Below, piece by piece: positions 29,339 to 38,975 of a stretch of DNA of 64,000 nucleotides (position 1 is the stretch's first letter; each line of letters opens with the position of its first letter). The stretch lies in NCBI GenBank assembly GCA_009838515.1, contig VXRL01000040.1, positions 32,949-96,948 of the forward strand, given 5' to 3'. The translations under genes were made by a program, and so were the position numbers. Below the pieces are notes generated by a model, which ran no database searches, was not told where the DNA came from, and saw only the letters and a list, made by a program, of their open reading frames with translations. Origin of the DNA: Terriglobia bacterium (GTDB lineage: Bacteria; Acidobacteriota; Terriglobia; Bryobacterales; UBA6623).

Positions 29339-30580
29339 ATGACGAGAATTCCATTGATTCTGCTTGCGTTTGCGAGCGTCGCTGCGGCGCAGTCAGGACC
29401 GTGCATGGCGGATGCCTTCCTTGACGTTTCGGAGGCACCCGGAGCCGGTCCCGCCTATCCCCGCCCTCAGGTCGAGGCTACATGCGAGGGCGATGAGCTG
29501 GTAGTTCGTTCGAATAGCATCCCGCACTACGAGTTTGTCCAAGTCACCCCGAACCCGCTCTTGGAACGGAACAACGTGTACCGTCTGCCGGCCAAGCCCG
29601 AACTGGCCGACAAGCCGGTGCCGATCCCCCTGCTTGGCGGAATCGGCGTAGCGGTCAATGGCATCGTGATATTCGGCCCGAACGAAGGCCCAGTACCAGC
29701 AGAGGAACAATTCGGCGATCCGGTGTTCAACGCCATCATGGATGCCTGCATGGGCCACACGGCGCTGGAATACCACTATCACGCCATGGTGCAGCGCTGC
29801 CTGAGTCTAGGCGCGAAGGATGGCGAGCCGTCGCCCGTCCTAGGCTTCGGCTACGACGGCATTCCGATCCACGGTCCGTGGGGCTGTGTGGACGCCGATT
29901 GCAGCAAGGTGGTGCGCCACCGCAGCAGTTGGGAAGAGGTTCGCGAGCCGCATCAGGACGCTTGGGACGCCTACGACTACGTCGAGAAGGACGGGCCGGA
30001 GTACCTCGACGCCTGCAACGGGCACACCCATGGTGACGGCGACTACCACTACCACGTGACCGAGACTTGGCCGTACATCCTTGGCTGCTATGCCGGCACC
30101 CCTACGGGCGGTCCCGTCCGTGGTCGCCGCCGCCCTGAAATCAGCCAAACTCCTCCTGGGCAGCGGGGCCAGCGCCCGCCGGTCGGCCCGGCCGGGAACC
30201 GACCTCCCGGGGCAGCACGGCGGGGCGGCCCACCGCCCGGTGGCAGCCGTCCCGGGCCGGACGAAGTGCAGGCCGTCGCCACAGCCTTGAAAAGGGACGC
30301 GAGCGAAGTGGCCAAAGCCCTGCGCGTGGAGCCGGGCGGCATCAAGCCGACCAACCTTGCGGCTTCCGCACGGACGCTCGGTGTGGACACCGGCGAGTTG
30401 ATCGAGTCCATGGGAAGGACCCCGCCGCGGCCGCGCCAGCGACAGAACCAGGCCCCGCCAGGCGAGCCGGAGTGCTTCTTCCGCTGCGGCCAGAGCGACG
30501 AGAACGCAGTCGGCTGCACTCTGACGCCGGATTACAAGGTGCTGTGCTTCAGGCCTTGCGACGACAACAAGTGCGGGTGA
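29339..30580 (+). CDS. YHYH-motif protein (exported) with Pro/Gly/Arg-rich linker, helical module and 6-Cys C-terminal tail
   Basis: ORF begins at TTG 29324; ATG at 29339 preferred (GAGGA 8 nt upstream; signal peptide MTRIPLILLAFASVAAAQ). Motifs IPHYEF, NGIVIFGPNEG, DACMGHTALEYHYHAM, DACNGHTHGDGDYHYHVTETWPYILGCYAG. Tail ECFFRCGQSDENAVGCTLTPDYKVLCFRPCDDNKCG. Confidence 0.8.
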   Translation: MTRIPLILLAFASVAAAQSGPCMADAFLDVSEAPGAGPAYPRPQVEATCEGDELVVRSNSIPHYEFVQVTPNPLLERNNVYRLPAKPELADKPVPIPLLGGIGVAVNGIVIFGPNEGPVPAEEQFGDPVFNAIMDACMGHTALEYHYHAMVQRCLSLGAKDGEPSPVLGFGYDGIPIHGPWGCVDADCSKVVRHRSSWEEVREPHQDAWDAYDYVEKDGPEYLDACNGHTHGDGDYHYHVTETWPYILGCYAGTPTGGPVRGRRRPEISQTPPGQRGQRPPVGPAGNRPPGAARRGGPPPGGSRPGPDEVQAVATALKRDASEVAKALRVEPGGIKPTNLAASARTLGVDTGELIESMGRTPPRPRQRQNQAPPGEPECFFRCGQSDENAVGCTLTPDYKVLCFRPCDDNKCG

Positions 30581-31713
30581 TTCGGCCGGCGCTATTGGCG
30601 CTGGCCATCATCGCCGGGGTCGCAGCTTGGCCCCAGGAGCCGTTTCTGCCGGCAGTTGACCACTCCCAGCACCCCTTGATCGAGGTGGACGAGGCCGAAC
30701 CGACACCGTCGATGCGGATCCACATGGACGCCGATTCCATGGATGGATTTAACATCTTCTTGGAAACGCAGAACTTCCGCTTCACTCCTCAGAGCGTGGA
30801 CACGCTGCCGGTCTCGAACGAGGGCCATGCGCACCTGTATGTGAACGGCGAGAAAGTGGCTCGCATATACTCGCCCTGGCACCACCTCTCCAGCAAGCTG
30901 CTTCGCGACGGGATCAACCGTGTCGAGGTCGAGTTCAGCACCAACGACCATTCGGTTTGGGCCCTGGCCGGCGTGCCGATCGGCGCGGACGTGCTCATTG
31001 ATACACGCGTCATGGAAGGGGATCCAATCCTTCGTGAGGACGTCAGCTATACGCTGGACTGGGATTGGGGGGCGGCGGACCCTCGCCCAGACGGCGGCTG
31101 GACGGTTCGGACGGACAAGGGCTACCACGTGCAGGTCGATAGCGGTCAGATCGTCAGCCGAAATCTCGAACTGGTTCCGTGCCACGTAGCGCCCCCGCCC
31201 GCGCCGCAAGCGTCGATATTCGGCTGGCCCGGGCCAAGCCGGGTGTTTGCAGGGCACAGCAGCCTGATTCCGAACGAATCGAAGATCACTGCTTCATACG
31301 TGGAGGATCTAGCAGCACCGCGGGAGATATTTCTGGAGAAGCGGGTCGTCACCGATCCGGAGTACTGCCAAGCACACTACCTCTTGGCTCGTGAGCGAGG
31401 ATCCCCTCCGGGGTCTCTAACACTTGATGTTTCAGGCACATGGAGTAACTCTTCTGAGAAATCACGCCAGCCGTTCAATATCAGGTCCGCTGCTGCTTAC
31501 GGGGAGTTTAGGCCGTTGCAGCTTCGTGACGGTGTCAAGCTGGGCCGACGCCTGATCGTGGGTGGGATCGATGCCAGAGTGCGCCGCTGTCTGGACACAT
31601 TATTCAACGGAATCGACTTCGCGGACGGCACCTCAGACTCCGACGGCATGCAGGTCCTGCGAAACCTGGTGGCAGACACAACAGTGCTAGTCAACGATGT
31701 CAAAGGGCTCTAG
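30577..31713 (+). CDS. Hypothetical exported protein with His-rich motifs, translationally coupled to the upstream YHYH gene
   Basis: ORF 30472..31713 trimmed to the GTG at 30577, which overlaps the upstream TGA (GTGA). Hydrophobic N-terminus VIRPALLALAIIAGVAAW. Motifs HSQHPL, EGHAHLYVNGEKVARIYSPWHHL, NDHSVW. No family recognised for the C-terminal ~230 aa. Confidence 0.6.
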   Translation: MIRPALLALAIIAGVAAWPQEPFLPAVDHSQHPLIEVDEAEPTPSMRIHMDADSMDGFNIFLETQNFRFTPQSVDTLPVSNEGHAHLYVNGEKVARIYSPWHHLSSKLLRDGINRVEVEFSTNDHSVWALAGVPIGADVLIDTRVMEGDPILREDVSYTLDWDWGAADPRPDGGWTVRTDKGYHVQVDSGQIVSRNLELVPCHVAPPPAPQASIFGWPGPSRVFAGHSSLIPNESKITASYVEDLAAPREIFLEKRVVTDPEYCQAHYLLARERGSPPGSLTLDVSGTWSNSSEKSRQPFNIRSAAAYGEFRPLQLRDGVKLGRRLIVGGIDARVRRCLDTLFNGIDFADGTSDSDGMQVLRNLVADTTVLVNDVKGL

Positions 31714-31879
31714 CACCGGTGCAGTGTGAATCGTAAAGAGCTTGCAATAGTGGCGCTCCGTCAGTGCGATTGGATTCCGGTTCGGAAACAACGGCGCTCG
31801 AACCAGCGTCTTGCAGAGTAGCTGGGCGGGCGTGTTTCATTGATCGATCCGCCTGGCCAGACTCAGGAGATTGAATAAG

Positions 31880-33049
31880 ATGCCCGCGAGATCCCTCGTC
31901 TTCGCTGCCGTCGGGCCGGTCGGCCTGTTGCTGGCGTTACCCGCGGCCTCAGCAAACAACCCCTGTCCCAGTGATGCGTTCATGGATGTGAGCGATTCGC
32001 CGGGAGCGGGAGAGGGTTATCCCCGTCCGCGGCTAGAGGTCGAGTGCGCTAGCGACGAACTCGTGGTGAGCAGCAATGCCATTCCGCACTACGAATTTAT
32101 TCAAATCACCCCAAACCCGCTGGTCGAACTCAATCGCGACTACCGCATGCCGCTGAACCCGAAGCTGGCCGAACAGCCGAGCCCGCTGCCGCTGCTTGGG
32201 CCGTCCGGCGTCGCGATCAACGGGATTCCGCTGTTCGGACCGAACGAGGGCCCGGCACCCCCTCCGGGCTTCGGAGATCCAATCTACAACGCGATCATGG
32301 ATTCGTGCATGGGGCACACGGCGCGACAGTACCACTATCACGCGCTGATCGAGAGCTGCTTCGACATCGCGCGGGAGGCAAACGAGCCATCGCCGATTCT
32401 CGCGTTCGGCTCGGACGGTTTCCCGGTCTACGGTCCGTTCGGCTGCCGTGACAAAGAGTGCTCGGAGATCATCGAGTACCGGAGCAGTTGGGAGCGGCTG
32501 CGCGCGCCGCGGATAGACGCATGGGACGCGTATCGCTTCGTCCCGAAGAGTGGCATCGAGTACTTGGACCGCTGCAACGGCCACATCGGCGACGACCAAG
32601 GCGGTGCCTACCACTATCACGCTACGGCGACGTGGCCGTACATCATGGGATGCTTCTCCGGCACGCCCTCGGCCGATGCAGGCAGGGAATCAGATCGCCA
32701 AATCAGCCGTCGCGACGGCGGTCGGGGCCGCCCTCCGGGCGACGATCCCCGACCCACCGTCGAGCAAGTGGCTCGAGCAGCGGCTGAGCTGGCGATTGAC
32801 GAGGCGAAGCTCGCGGAAGCGCTGCGCTTGACCGACGGTCGGGTTGCGCCGATGAACTACGCCGCGGCCGCACGAGCCCTCGACATCGACGCACGAGACC
32901 TATATGAGGCGCTGGGAGTGACGGCGCAGTTGCCTCCGCCCGGCGCTCGGGGCGGTCTGGGCGGTCGCAGGCGTGGCATCGGGCCGCCGCTTCGAGGGAC
33001 CGTACCACGACGTAGGCCGCCGCCAGAGGGTCAGCGACCGCGACGGTGA
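31880..33049 (+). CDS. YHYH-motif protein (exported), paralog of 29339..30580
   Basis: ORF begins at TTG 31871; ATG at 31880 preferred (AGGAG 10 nt upstream). IPHYEF, NGIPLFGPNEG, DSCMGHTARQYHYHAL, DRCNGHIGDDQGGAYHYHATATWPYIMGCFSG. C-terminal helical module plus Pro/Gly/Arg-rich end. Confidence 0.8.
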   Translation: MPARSLVFAAVGPVGLLLALPAASANNPCPSDAFMDVSDSPGAGEGYPRPRLEVECASDELVVSSNAIPHYEFIQITPNPLVELNRDYRMPLNPKLAEQPSPLPLLGPSGVAINGIPLFGPNEGPAPPPGFGDPIYNAIMDSCMGHTARQYHYHALIESCFDIAREANEPSPILAFGSDGFPVYGPFGCRDKECSEIIEYRSSWERLRAPRIDAWDAYRFVPKSGIEYLDRCNGHIGDDQGGAYHYHATATWPYIMGCFSGTPSADAGRESDRQISRRDGGRGRPPGDDPRPTVEQVARAAAELAIDEAKLAEALRLTDGRVAPMNYAAAARALDIDARDLYEALGVTAQLPPPGARGGLGGRRRGIGPPLRGTVPRRRPPPEGQRPRR

Positions 33050-33307
33050 CGGTGCCAGCGAAAACACGATCGTCAAGGGGCATTAGCACTAGTCTGACTC
33101 GTGAAGTCCCGTACCAAGCATGCGGGAACGTTCTGCCAAGCGCCTGCCTAGGGGCGTTGCTGTAGTAATGTAGGTTCGAGTTGCCGATGGCATTGCCTGG
33201 CCCGTCGGTTCGCGTACTAGCTGGCGGCCAGAACCCTCGGGGACCGAATTGTTGCTTTGCGCATCGGCCTGCCTTCGTTTGACGGCAGGCGCCCACAGGA
33301 GAATGAC

Positions 33308-34522
33308 ATGCTTTCAACCCGCCTAGTTCTGTCCGCATGCTTGGTAATCGCAGCATTTGCCGCATGCGGCGGAACCGATCAGTCCACCGATACCAGCGGC
33401 GACGGCCAGGCTGTCCGCTCGCTCACCGCGGAGGAATACTACGACAAGATCCACGGCGCTTGGCTCGGCCAGGCAGTCGCGGGCGCATTGGGGATGAGCG
33501 TGGAGGGCATGCACCACAGCGACCTCAAGCCCTTCCTCACCGAGTTGGGGCAGTGGCCGCTCAACGATTACATCAAGACGTTGCATTCCCGGAGAGATCC
33601 GAACCGCAAGCAATGGTACGTAGCGGATAACTGGGGCCCGACCGGATTCGGGCCGGACGACGACTCCCTGTACCAAATCGCGAACCTCCTCCTGCTCGAG
33701 GAGAAGGGCCCAGACATCACGAGCCAAGATATCGCCGACAAATGGCTAGCGTCGTTCTCTGTGTTCGAGGCTCAGAACTGCGGACGGGCGGTCAGGGTCG
33801 CCGAAAAGCTTATGAAGGAAGGTGTCAAGCCTCCCGAGTCCGGCAAGCACGAATTCGGCGAGTTCATGGGCGGCCAGATGAAGGGCGAGTTCTGGGGCTT
33901 CATGCTGCCCGGCAATCCCGCGGCGGCGGCGGAGTACGGGCGCATCGATGCCGAGGTCTCGTTCCATACCGACGGCGTCTACGGCGAGATGTTCATGGCT
34001 GCCCTCACCGCCGAGGCATTCTTCGAGTCGGATCCGACGAAACTGCTCGAGGCCGGTCTTGCGACCATCCCCGAGGACTGCGACTACGCCCGGTGCATCC
34101 GCGACGTGATGACTTGGCACGGGCAATGGCCCGACGACTGGGAAAAGACCCACGAGCAGATCGACGCCAAGTGGGCTCCGGAGGGAAGCGAGAAGCAGCG
34201 CCGGGTGTTCCCGAACAACGCTGTCAACGCACTGGCGCTGCTATACGGCGAGGGTGACTTCGACAAGACGATCTCGATCGCTGTCATGGCCGGCTGGGAC
34301 ACGGACACGAACGCGGGAGACGTCGGGCCGGTCATGGGGGTCATCCTGGGGCCCGGAGCGATCGCCGAGAAGTGGACCGCGCCCATCGCGAACATTTTTC
34401 GCTCTGATGTCAAGGGCGCGGAGGAGTGGAAGATCGATGAACTGGCGCGGCGGACGGCCGATATGGGCATGCGAATGACCGAGGCAAAGTCCTCCGGGCT
34501 TGTTGAGATCGTCAGCGAGTAG
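33308..34522 (+). CDS. ADP-ribosylglycohydrolase-family protein with lipoprotein-type signal
   Basis: ORF 33257..34522 trimmed to the ATG at 33308 (GGAG upstream). MLSTRLVLSACLVIAAFAACGG signal. IHGAWLGQAVAGALGMSVEG N-terminal motif and MAGWDTDTNAGDVGPVMGVILG C-terminal motif, typical of the ARH/DraG fold. Confidence 0.75.
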   Translation: MLSTRLVLSACLVIAAFAACGGTDQSTDTSGDGQAVRSLTAEEYYDKIHGAWLGQAVAGALGMSVEGMHHSDLKPFLTELGQWPLNDYIKTLHSRRDPNRKQWYVADNWGPTGFGPDDDSLYQIANLLLLEEKGPDITSQDIADKWLASFSVFEAQNCGRAVRVAEKLMKEGVKPPESGKHEFGEFMGGQMKGEFWGFMLPGNPAAAAEYGRIDAEVSFHTDGVYGEMFMAALTAEAFFESDPTKLLEAGLATIPEDCDYARCIRDVMTWHGQWPDDWEKTHEQIDAKWAPEGSEKQRRVFPNNAVNALALLYGEGDFDKTISIAVMAGWDTDTNAGDVGPVMGVILGPGAIAEKWTAPIANIFRSDVKGAEEWKIDELARRTADMGMRMTEAKSSGLVEIVSE

Positions 34523-34634
34523 AGATCCTGCTGCCTGTCCAGCTGCTCAGGCAAGGCGTGGCTTACTCGCACGATCTGCTCCGCCACCGCCGGATCCGTT
34601 GGCTTGCGCAGCTCGGCTTGGCCGAGGAATCAAC

Positions 34635-36080
34635 GTGAACCCCTACTCTGGCACCGGCACACTTCGGCGGCGGGACCTTTTCGCGCTGGGAGCGGCCACG
34701 GCGCTTGCCGGCTGTCGGCAGGACGCTGCGCCTCGTCCCAATATCTTGTTCGCGATCTCCGACGACCAGTCCTTTGCTCATACCGGCGCTTCCGGCGATC
34801 CTGTCGTCCGCACGCCCGTGTTTGACCGCATTTGCGCCGAGGGAGTCCGGTTTGAACACGCATTCTGCAATGCGCCGTCATGCACCCCGTCCCGGGGAGC
34901 GATCCTAACGGGACAAGAGTGCTACCGCCTCGAAGAGGGCGTCAACCTGTGGAGTTCCCTGCCCGCCAAGTTCGTCACCTACCCAGACCTGCTCGAAGCG
35001 GAGGGCTACCACATTGGCTATACGCGCAAGGGGTGGGGCCCTGGAAGCATCGAGGCTGGGGGCCGCTCTCGCAATCCTGCAGGTCCAAGGTACGAGGACT
35101 TCCAGTCCTTCTATGAGGCCAATCCGTCCGGATGTCCGTTCTGCTTCTGGTTTGGCAGCAGCGACCCTCATCGCGCCTACGAGAAGGGTTCGGGCTTGGC
35201 CAGCGGCCTGCGCCCGGAGGATGTGCCTGTACCTCCGTTTCTCCCTGACGACCCCGAGGTTCGCAGCGACATCCTGGACTACTACTTCGAAATCGAACGC
35301 TTCGACCGCGAACTCGGCGAAATCCTGTCGTTCTTAGAAGAGCGAGGTCAACTCGCGAATACCGTCGTCATCGTCACCAGTGACAACGGCATGCCGTTTC
35401 CGCGCGCCAAGGCGGACCTCTACGACTACGGGGCGCGTGTTCCGCTGGCCATCCGGTGGCCCGCAAGTGTCCCCGGGGAACGCGTGGTCACCGATTTCGT
35501 CAGCTTGGTCGACATAGCCCCAACCATCCTTGAGTCCGCCGGAATCGAGATTCCAAGCGATATGACAGGCCGCAGCCTGCTGACGCTGCTGGAGTCCGGT
35601 GAAGACGGCCGCGTCGACGCCACTCGCGACCACGTGATCTCGGTGCTCGAGCGCCACACGCCGTGGCGCGAAGGCAGGGTGGGATACCCCAAGCGCGCGA
35701 TCCGCACGGATCAATTCCTGTACATCCGGAACTACGAGCCCGACCGCTGGCCAGGGGGCGATCCGCCAATCTTGGGAGAGGTCGATCCGTCGCCCACCAA
35801 GGAGTTCATGCGCGCGCGCAGGGACGAACCGGGGTTGAAGCGCTACTACGAAGCAGCATTCGCTAAGCGCCCGAGCGAGGAATTGTACGATGTCGAGCGC
35901 GATCCCGGGCAGATGAACAATCTCGCCGCCGACGAGGCGCACGCCGAGATCAAGAGCGCCCTGGCCGCGAGGCTCGACCAGCATCTTCTCGCAACGGCTG
36001 ATCCGAGAGCCCTTGGTCACCCCCCTACTTGGGAGTCGGATCCGCACCACGGCAGACTCACGCTGGAGCAGCGTCGCTGA
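34635..36080 (+). CDS. Sulfatase (Cys-type), Tat-lipoprotein signal
   Basis: ORF 34500..36080 trimmed to the GTG at 34635 (GAGGA upstream). LRRRDLFALGAATALAGC (twin-Arg plus lipobox LAGC). ILFAISDDQS, active-site SCTPSRGAILTGQ, TSDNGMPFPRAK. Confidence 0.9.
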   Translation: MNPYSGTGTLRRRDLFALGAATALAGCRQDAAPRPNILFAISDDQSFAHTGASGDPVVRTPVFDRICAEGVRFEHAFCNAPSCTPSRGAILTGQECYRLEEGVNLWSSLPAKFVTYPDLLEAEGYHIGYTRKGWGPGSIEAGGRSRNPAGPRYEDFQSFYEANPSGCPFCFWFGSSDPHRAYEKGSGLASGLRPEDVPVPPFLPDDPEVRSDILDYYFEIERFDRELGEILSFLEERGQLANTVVIVTSDNGMPFPRAKADLYDYGARVPLAIRWPASVPGERVVTDFVSLVDIAPTILESAGIEIPSDMTGRSLLTLLESGEDGRVDATRDHVISVLERHTPWREGRVGYPKRAIRTDQFLYIRNYEPDRWPGGDPPILGEVDPSPTKEFMRARRDEPGLKRYYEAAFAKRPSEELYDVERDPGQMNNLAADEAHAEIKSALAARLDQHLLATADPRALGHPPTWESDPHHGRLTLEQRR

Positions 36081-36325
36081 GGCACGAGGCCTGGATCCTC
36101 GAGTCGCCGATCCCAGGCTGGTTGCCGGCCGAGCTGAGATTTCCGTGCGCAATGGAGCGCTCATTGCGTAGGCCTCGATTTCGTAGCGCCGTTAGCTAGA
36201 CTAGGACCGGCTAGCCTCTCCACCTGCTCTCCCTCGGGATCGGCGCACACGCGCTCGGTGGCCGCAATTGGCAACAGGAATCGGTGTTGGAGAGCACTAG
36301 CTGGGTACGAAGGAGTACGACCGCC

Positions 36326-37729
36326 ATGTCGCATCGTGTTGTCCGCTCGGCCGCACTCGCGTGCGGAATCCTGCTCGCTGGTTCGCCTTTATCGGCTCAG
36401 CCCGGAGAAGCAGATGGCGACGCCCGGGTCAAGCCCACATACGCCGACTTCTCCTACGGCGACCATGTGCGCCACGTACTGGACTTCTACCAAGCTGAGT
36501 CTGCGGCTCCGACACCATTGGTGCTCTATATCCACGGGGGCGGCTTCACACGAGGCGACAAGCGTTCGGTCAACCAAGAAACCCTGAAGGCACTGCTGGC
36601 TGCCGGGATCTCCGTCGCTGCGATCAACTATCGGCTCGCTGGCCAGGTACCGCTGCCAGCGGCCCACGAAGACGCCCAACGAGCCGTGCAGACGCTGCGG
36701 ACAAGAGCTTCGGAATGGAATTTCGACAAGAATCAGGTCGGTGCGTTCGGAGGATCAGCCGGGGCTCAGTTGTGCATGTGGCTGGCCTACAAGGACGACC
36801 GGGCGGATCCCTCGAGCAACGATCCAATCGCGCGCGAGTCGACTCGGCTGGCCTACGTGGCGCCGCTCAACGGCCAGAGCACGAACGACTTCGACTGGTG
36901 GCTGGAGAACCTACCCGGCTACGACGAGCTACATCGCGACCCAGCGGAGATCTTCGGCACATCCGACAAGGGCAAACAGGCGGCCATCGCCGCGAAAATC
37001 TCGGCGATCGGGCTGGTGTCAGCCGACGATCCCCCGACGTTCATGCGCTATGGAATGGCTCCCAGTGATCCGGTCCCCAACGGAGATCGTGCCCAAGGGT
37101 GGAAAGTCCACCACGTCAACTTCGGGATAGCACTGAAGGCAAAGCTCGATGCGCTCGGTGTCGAGAACTTTCTGCACTACCCGGGTGCGGACTCGGCCTA
37201 CGCAACGGCGGCGGACTTCTTCATCGGCAAGTTCGGCAAGTCGGAAATCCGGCACCTGACCCACGAGGAACTGTCGGACTATCACGTGGAACTGGTCGGG
37301 CTGCTAGAACAGAACCCGAACCAGACCGGCGAGGTCTATCGTCAAGGCGTCTCTGGCGGCGTCGGCGGCTGGACCCCATTGCGAGAGGCCTCAGACCGCA
37401 ACCACTACCTGTCAATCCTCCATCGCGGAGGCAACAGCTGGGCGGAGTCGCATGACCAGAAGGCTGACTTCTACATCATGCTTGAGGGATCCGGCACGCT
37501 GCTGCTTGGAGGCAAGATGGTGGACGCGATCCAAGCCGAGGGGCGCCCCGGCGAATGGCGGGCGCCGCGTCTCGAGAATCCGCGCCGCATCGAGGCCCGC
37601 AAGGGCGATCTCATCAACATCCCTGTGAAGACACCCCATCAATGGGATCTCACCGAGGGCGAATCCGTGACTTACGTAATCGTCAAGGTCGTCGAGCGTG
37701 AAGAGGAAATCCGGGATCGTCCTGATTGA
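36326..37729 (+). CDS. Alpha/beta-hydrolase (esterase-like) fused to a C-terminal cupin-like domain, exported
   Basis: ORF trimmed to the ATG at 36326 (AGGAG upstream). Signal peptide. LYIHGGGFTRGDK oxyanion region, GGSAGAQL nucleophile elbow. C-terminus ESHDQKADFYIMLEGSGTLLLGG...GDLINIPVKTPHQW is cupin-like. Confidence 0.75.
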   Translation: MSHRVVRSAALACGILLAGSPLSAQPGEADGDARVKPTYADFSYGDHVRHVLDFYQAESAAPTPLVLYIHGGGFTRGDKRSVNQETLKALLAAGISVAAINYRLAGQVPLPAAHEDAQRAVQTLRTRASEWNFDKNQVGAFGGSAGAQLCMWLAYKDDRADPSSNDPIARESTRLAYVAPLNGQSTNDFDWWLENLPGYDELHRDPAEIFGTSDKGKQAAIAAKISAIGLVSADDPPTFMRYGMAPSDPVPNGDRAQGWKVHHVNFGIALKAKLDALGVENFLHYPGADSAYATAADFFIGKFGKSEIRHLTHEELSDYHVELVGLLEQNPNQTGEVYRQGVSGGVGGWTPLREASDRNHYLSILHRGGNSWAESHDQKADFYIMLEGSGTLLLGGKMVDAIQAEGRPGEWRAPRLENPRRIEARKGDLINIPVKTPHQWDLTEGESVTYVIVKVVEREEEIRDRPD

Positions 37730-37787
37730 CCGCATCGCGGAACGGCGAGGAAGAGTGCTGGCTAGTCAAGCAGCATCAGGGGACAGC

Positions 37788-38762
37788 ATGGGTTGGAAGC
37801 ATTCTGCGTGGGTACGGGCCTTGGCCTGCCTTGGCATAGCCCTGATCGTTCTGGCCGCGCCTGCCGGCCTGCAGGGCGAGTCCATGCGCGTGACGCTGCT
37901 CGGCACCGGAACGCCGAATCCACACCCTGAGCGATTCGGTCCGGCAACTCTCGTGGAGGCCGGTTCTCAGCGGCTCCTGTTCGATGCCGGAAGGGGCGTC
38001 ACGATTCGTCTGAACCAACTCGGCATTCCGATGCGCGAGGTCACCGCGGTCTTCATCACACACTTCCACTCCGATCACTTGGTGGGCCTTGCGGACCTGT
38101 GGCTGATCGGATGGCTGCCGCCCAACTACGGTCGCCGTCAAACGCCGCTGCGCATCTGGGGCCCGAGCGGGCTGGGAAAGATCACAGCCGGCATGGAGCA
38201 GGCGTACGCGACCGACATCGCGATCCGGGTCAAGGACGAGGCCCTGCCACGCTCAGCCGCCAAGTTCGATGTGAACGAGTACAGCGAAGCCGGAACCATC
38301 TATGAACATGACGGTGTCACGGTAACCTCCTTCGAAGTCAACCACGGGGATCTGATCAAGCCGGCATACGGCTATCGGGTCGACTACGCCGGACGATCCG
38401 TGGTGATCTCAGGCGATACGCGCTTCGACCGGAACCTGATCGAGGCGGCCAAGGGAGTAGATCTGCTCGTTCACGAAGTGGTCGCGATCCCTAAAGCGCT
38501 CTTCGCCGTCAACCCGGCGATGAAGCGGGTCGAGGCTCACCACACCACCCCGGAGGAGGTCGGTACGGTAATGGCCGAGGCGCGGCCAAGACTGGGAGTC
38601 CTGACGCATTACGTGCTGACCTCTGGCCCGGGCATCCCACCGGAGACCAAGGAGGAAGTCCTAGCTCGCGTGAAGACCCGCTATTCCGGCCCGGTTGTCG
38701 CAGGCCATGACTTGATGGCGATTGAAATTGGAGAATCGGTCAGTGTGGCAAGCCCACAATAA
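37788..38762 (+). CDS. MBL-fold metallo-hydrolase (RNase Z-like), exported
   Basis: ORF trimmed to the ATG at 37788. Signal peptide. VTLLGTGTPNP, FITHFHSDHLVG (HxHxDH), VISGDT, LVHEV, VLTHY. Confidence 0.85.
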   Translation: MGWKHSAWVRALACLGIALIVLAAPAGLQGESMRVTLLGTGTPNPHPERFGPATLVEAGSQRLLFDAGRGVTIRLNQLGIPMREVTAVFITHFHSDHLVGLADLWLIGWLPPNYGRRQTPLRIWGPSGLGKITAGMEQAYATDIAIRVKDEALPRSAAKFDVNEYSEAGTIYEHDGVTVTSFEVNHGDLIKPAYGYRVDYAGRSVVISGDTRFDRNLIEAAKGVDLLVHEVVAIPKALFAVNPAMKRVEAHHTTPEEVGTVMAEARPRLGVLTHYVLTSGPGIPPETKEEVLARVKTRYSGPVVAGHDLMAIEIGESVSVASPQ

Positions 38763-38975
38763 CGGAAAGGCCGGGGGCAGTTGCCACGTTTCAATTCGTT
38801 AGGCCCAACAGACTAGGGTTTGAGGGAGCAGAGCAACTACGGCCCACCCCGACGAGCTATCGGAGTGGTACTTTGAGGTTTGGCACGGCCATCTTCGGCC
38901 GGCCCGTGCCCGCGTCTGGTCTTGAGCGTTGTCCGCTTCGCCACGCGGGAATGACCCCCATCTGAGAGACAAGAC

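Noticed and set aside
35334-36164. Long antisense or alternate-frame ORFs, for example 35334..36164(-), 44758..45681(-), 52175..53059(-), 15609..16442(-), 47031..47924(+), 46158..46964(+), 51343..52092(+), 49..624(+)
   Set aside because: All lie inside confidently called genes, have Arg/Ala/Gly/Pro-biased compositions and show no recognisable motifs. Such ORFs are expected by chance at this GC content.
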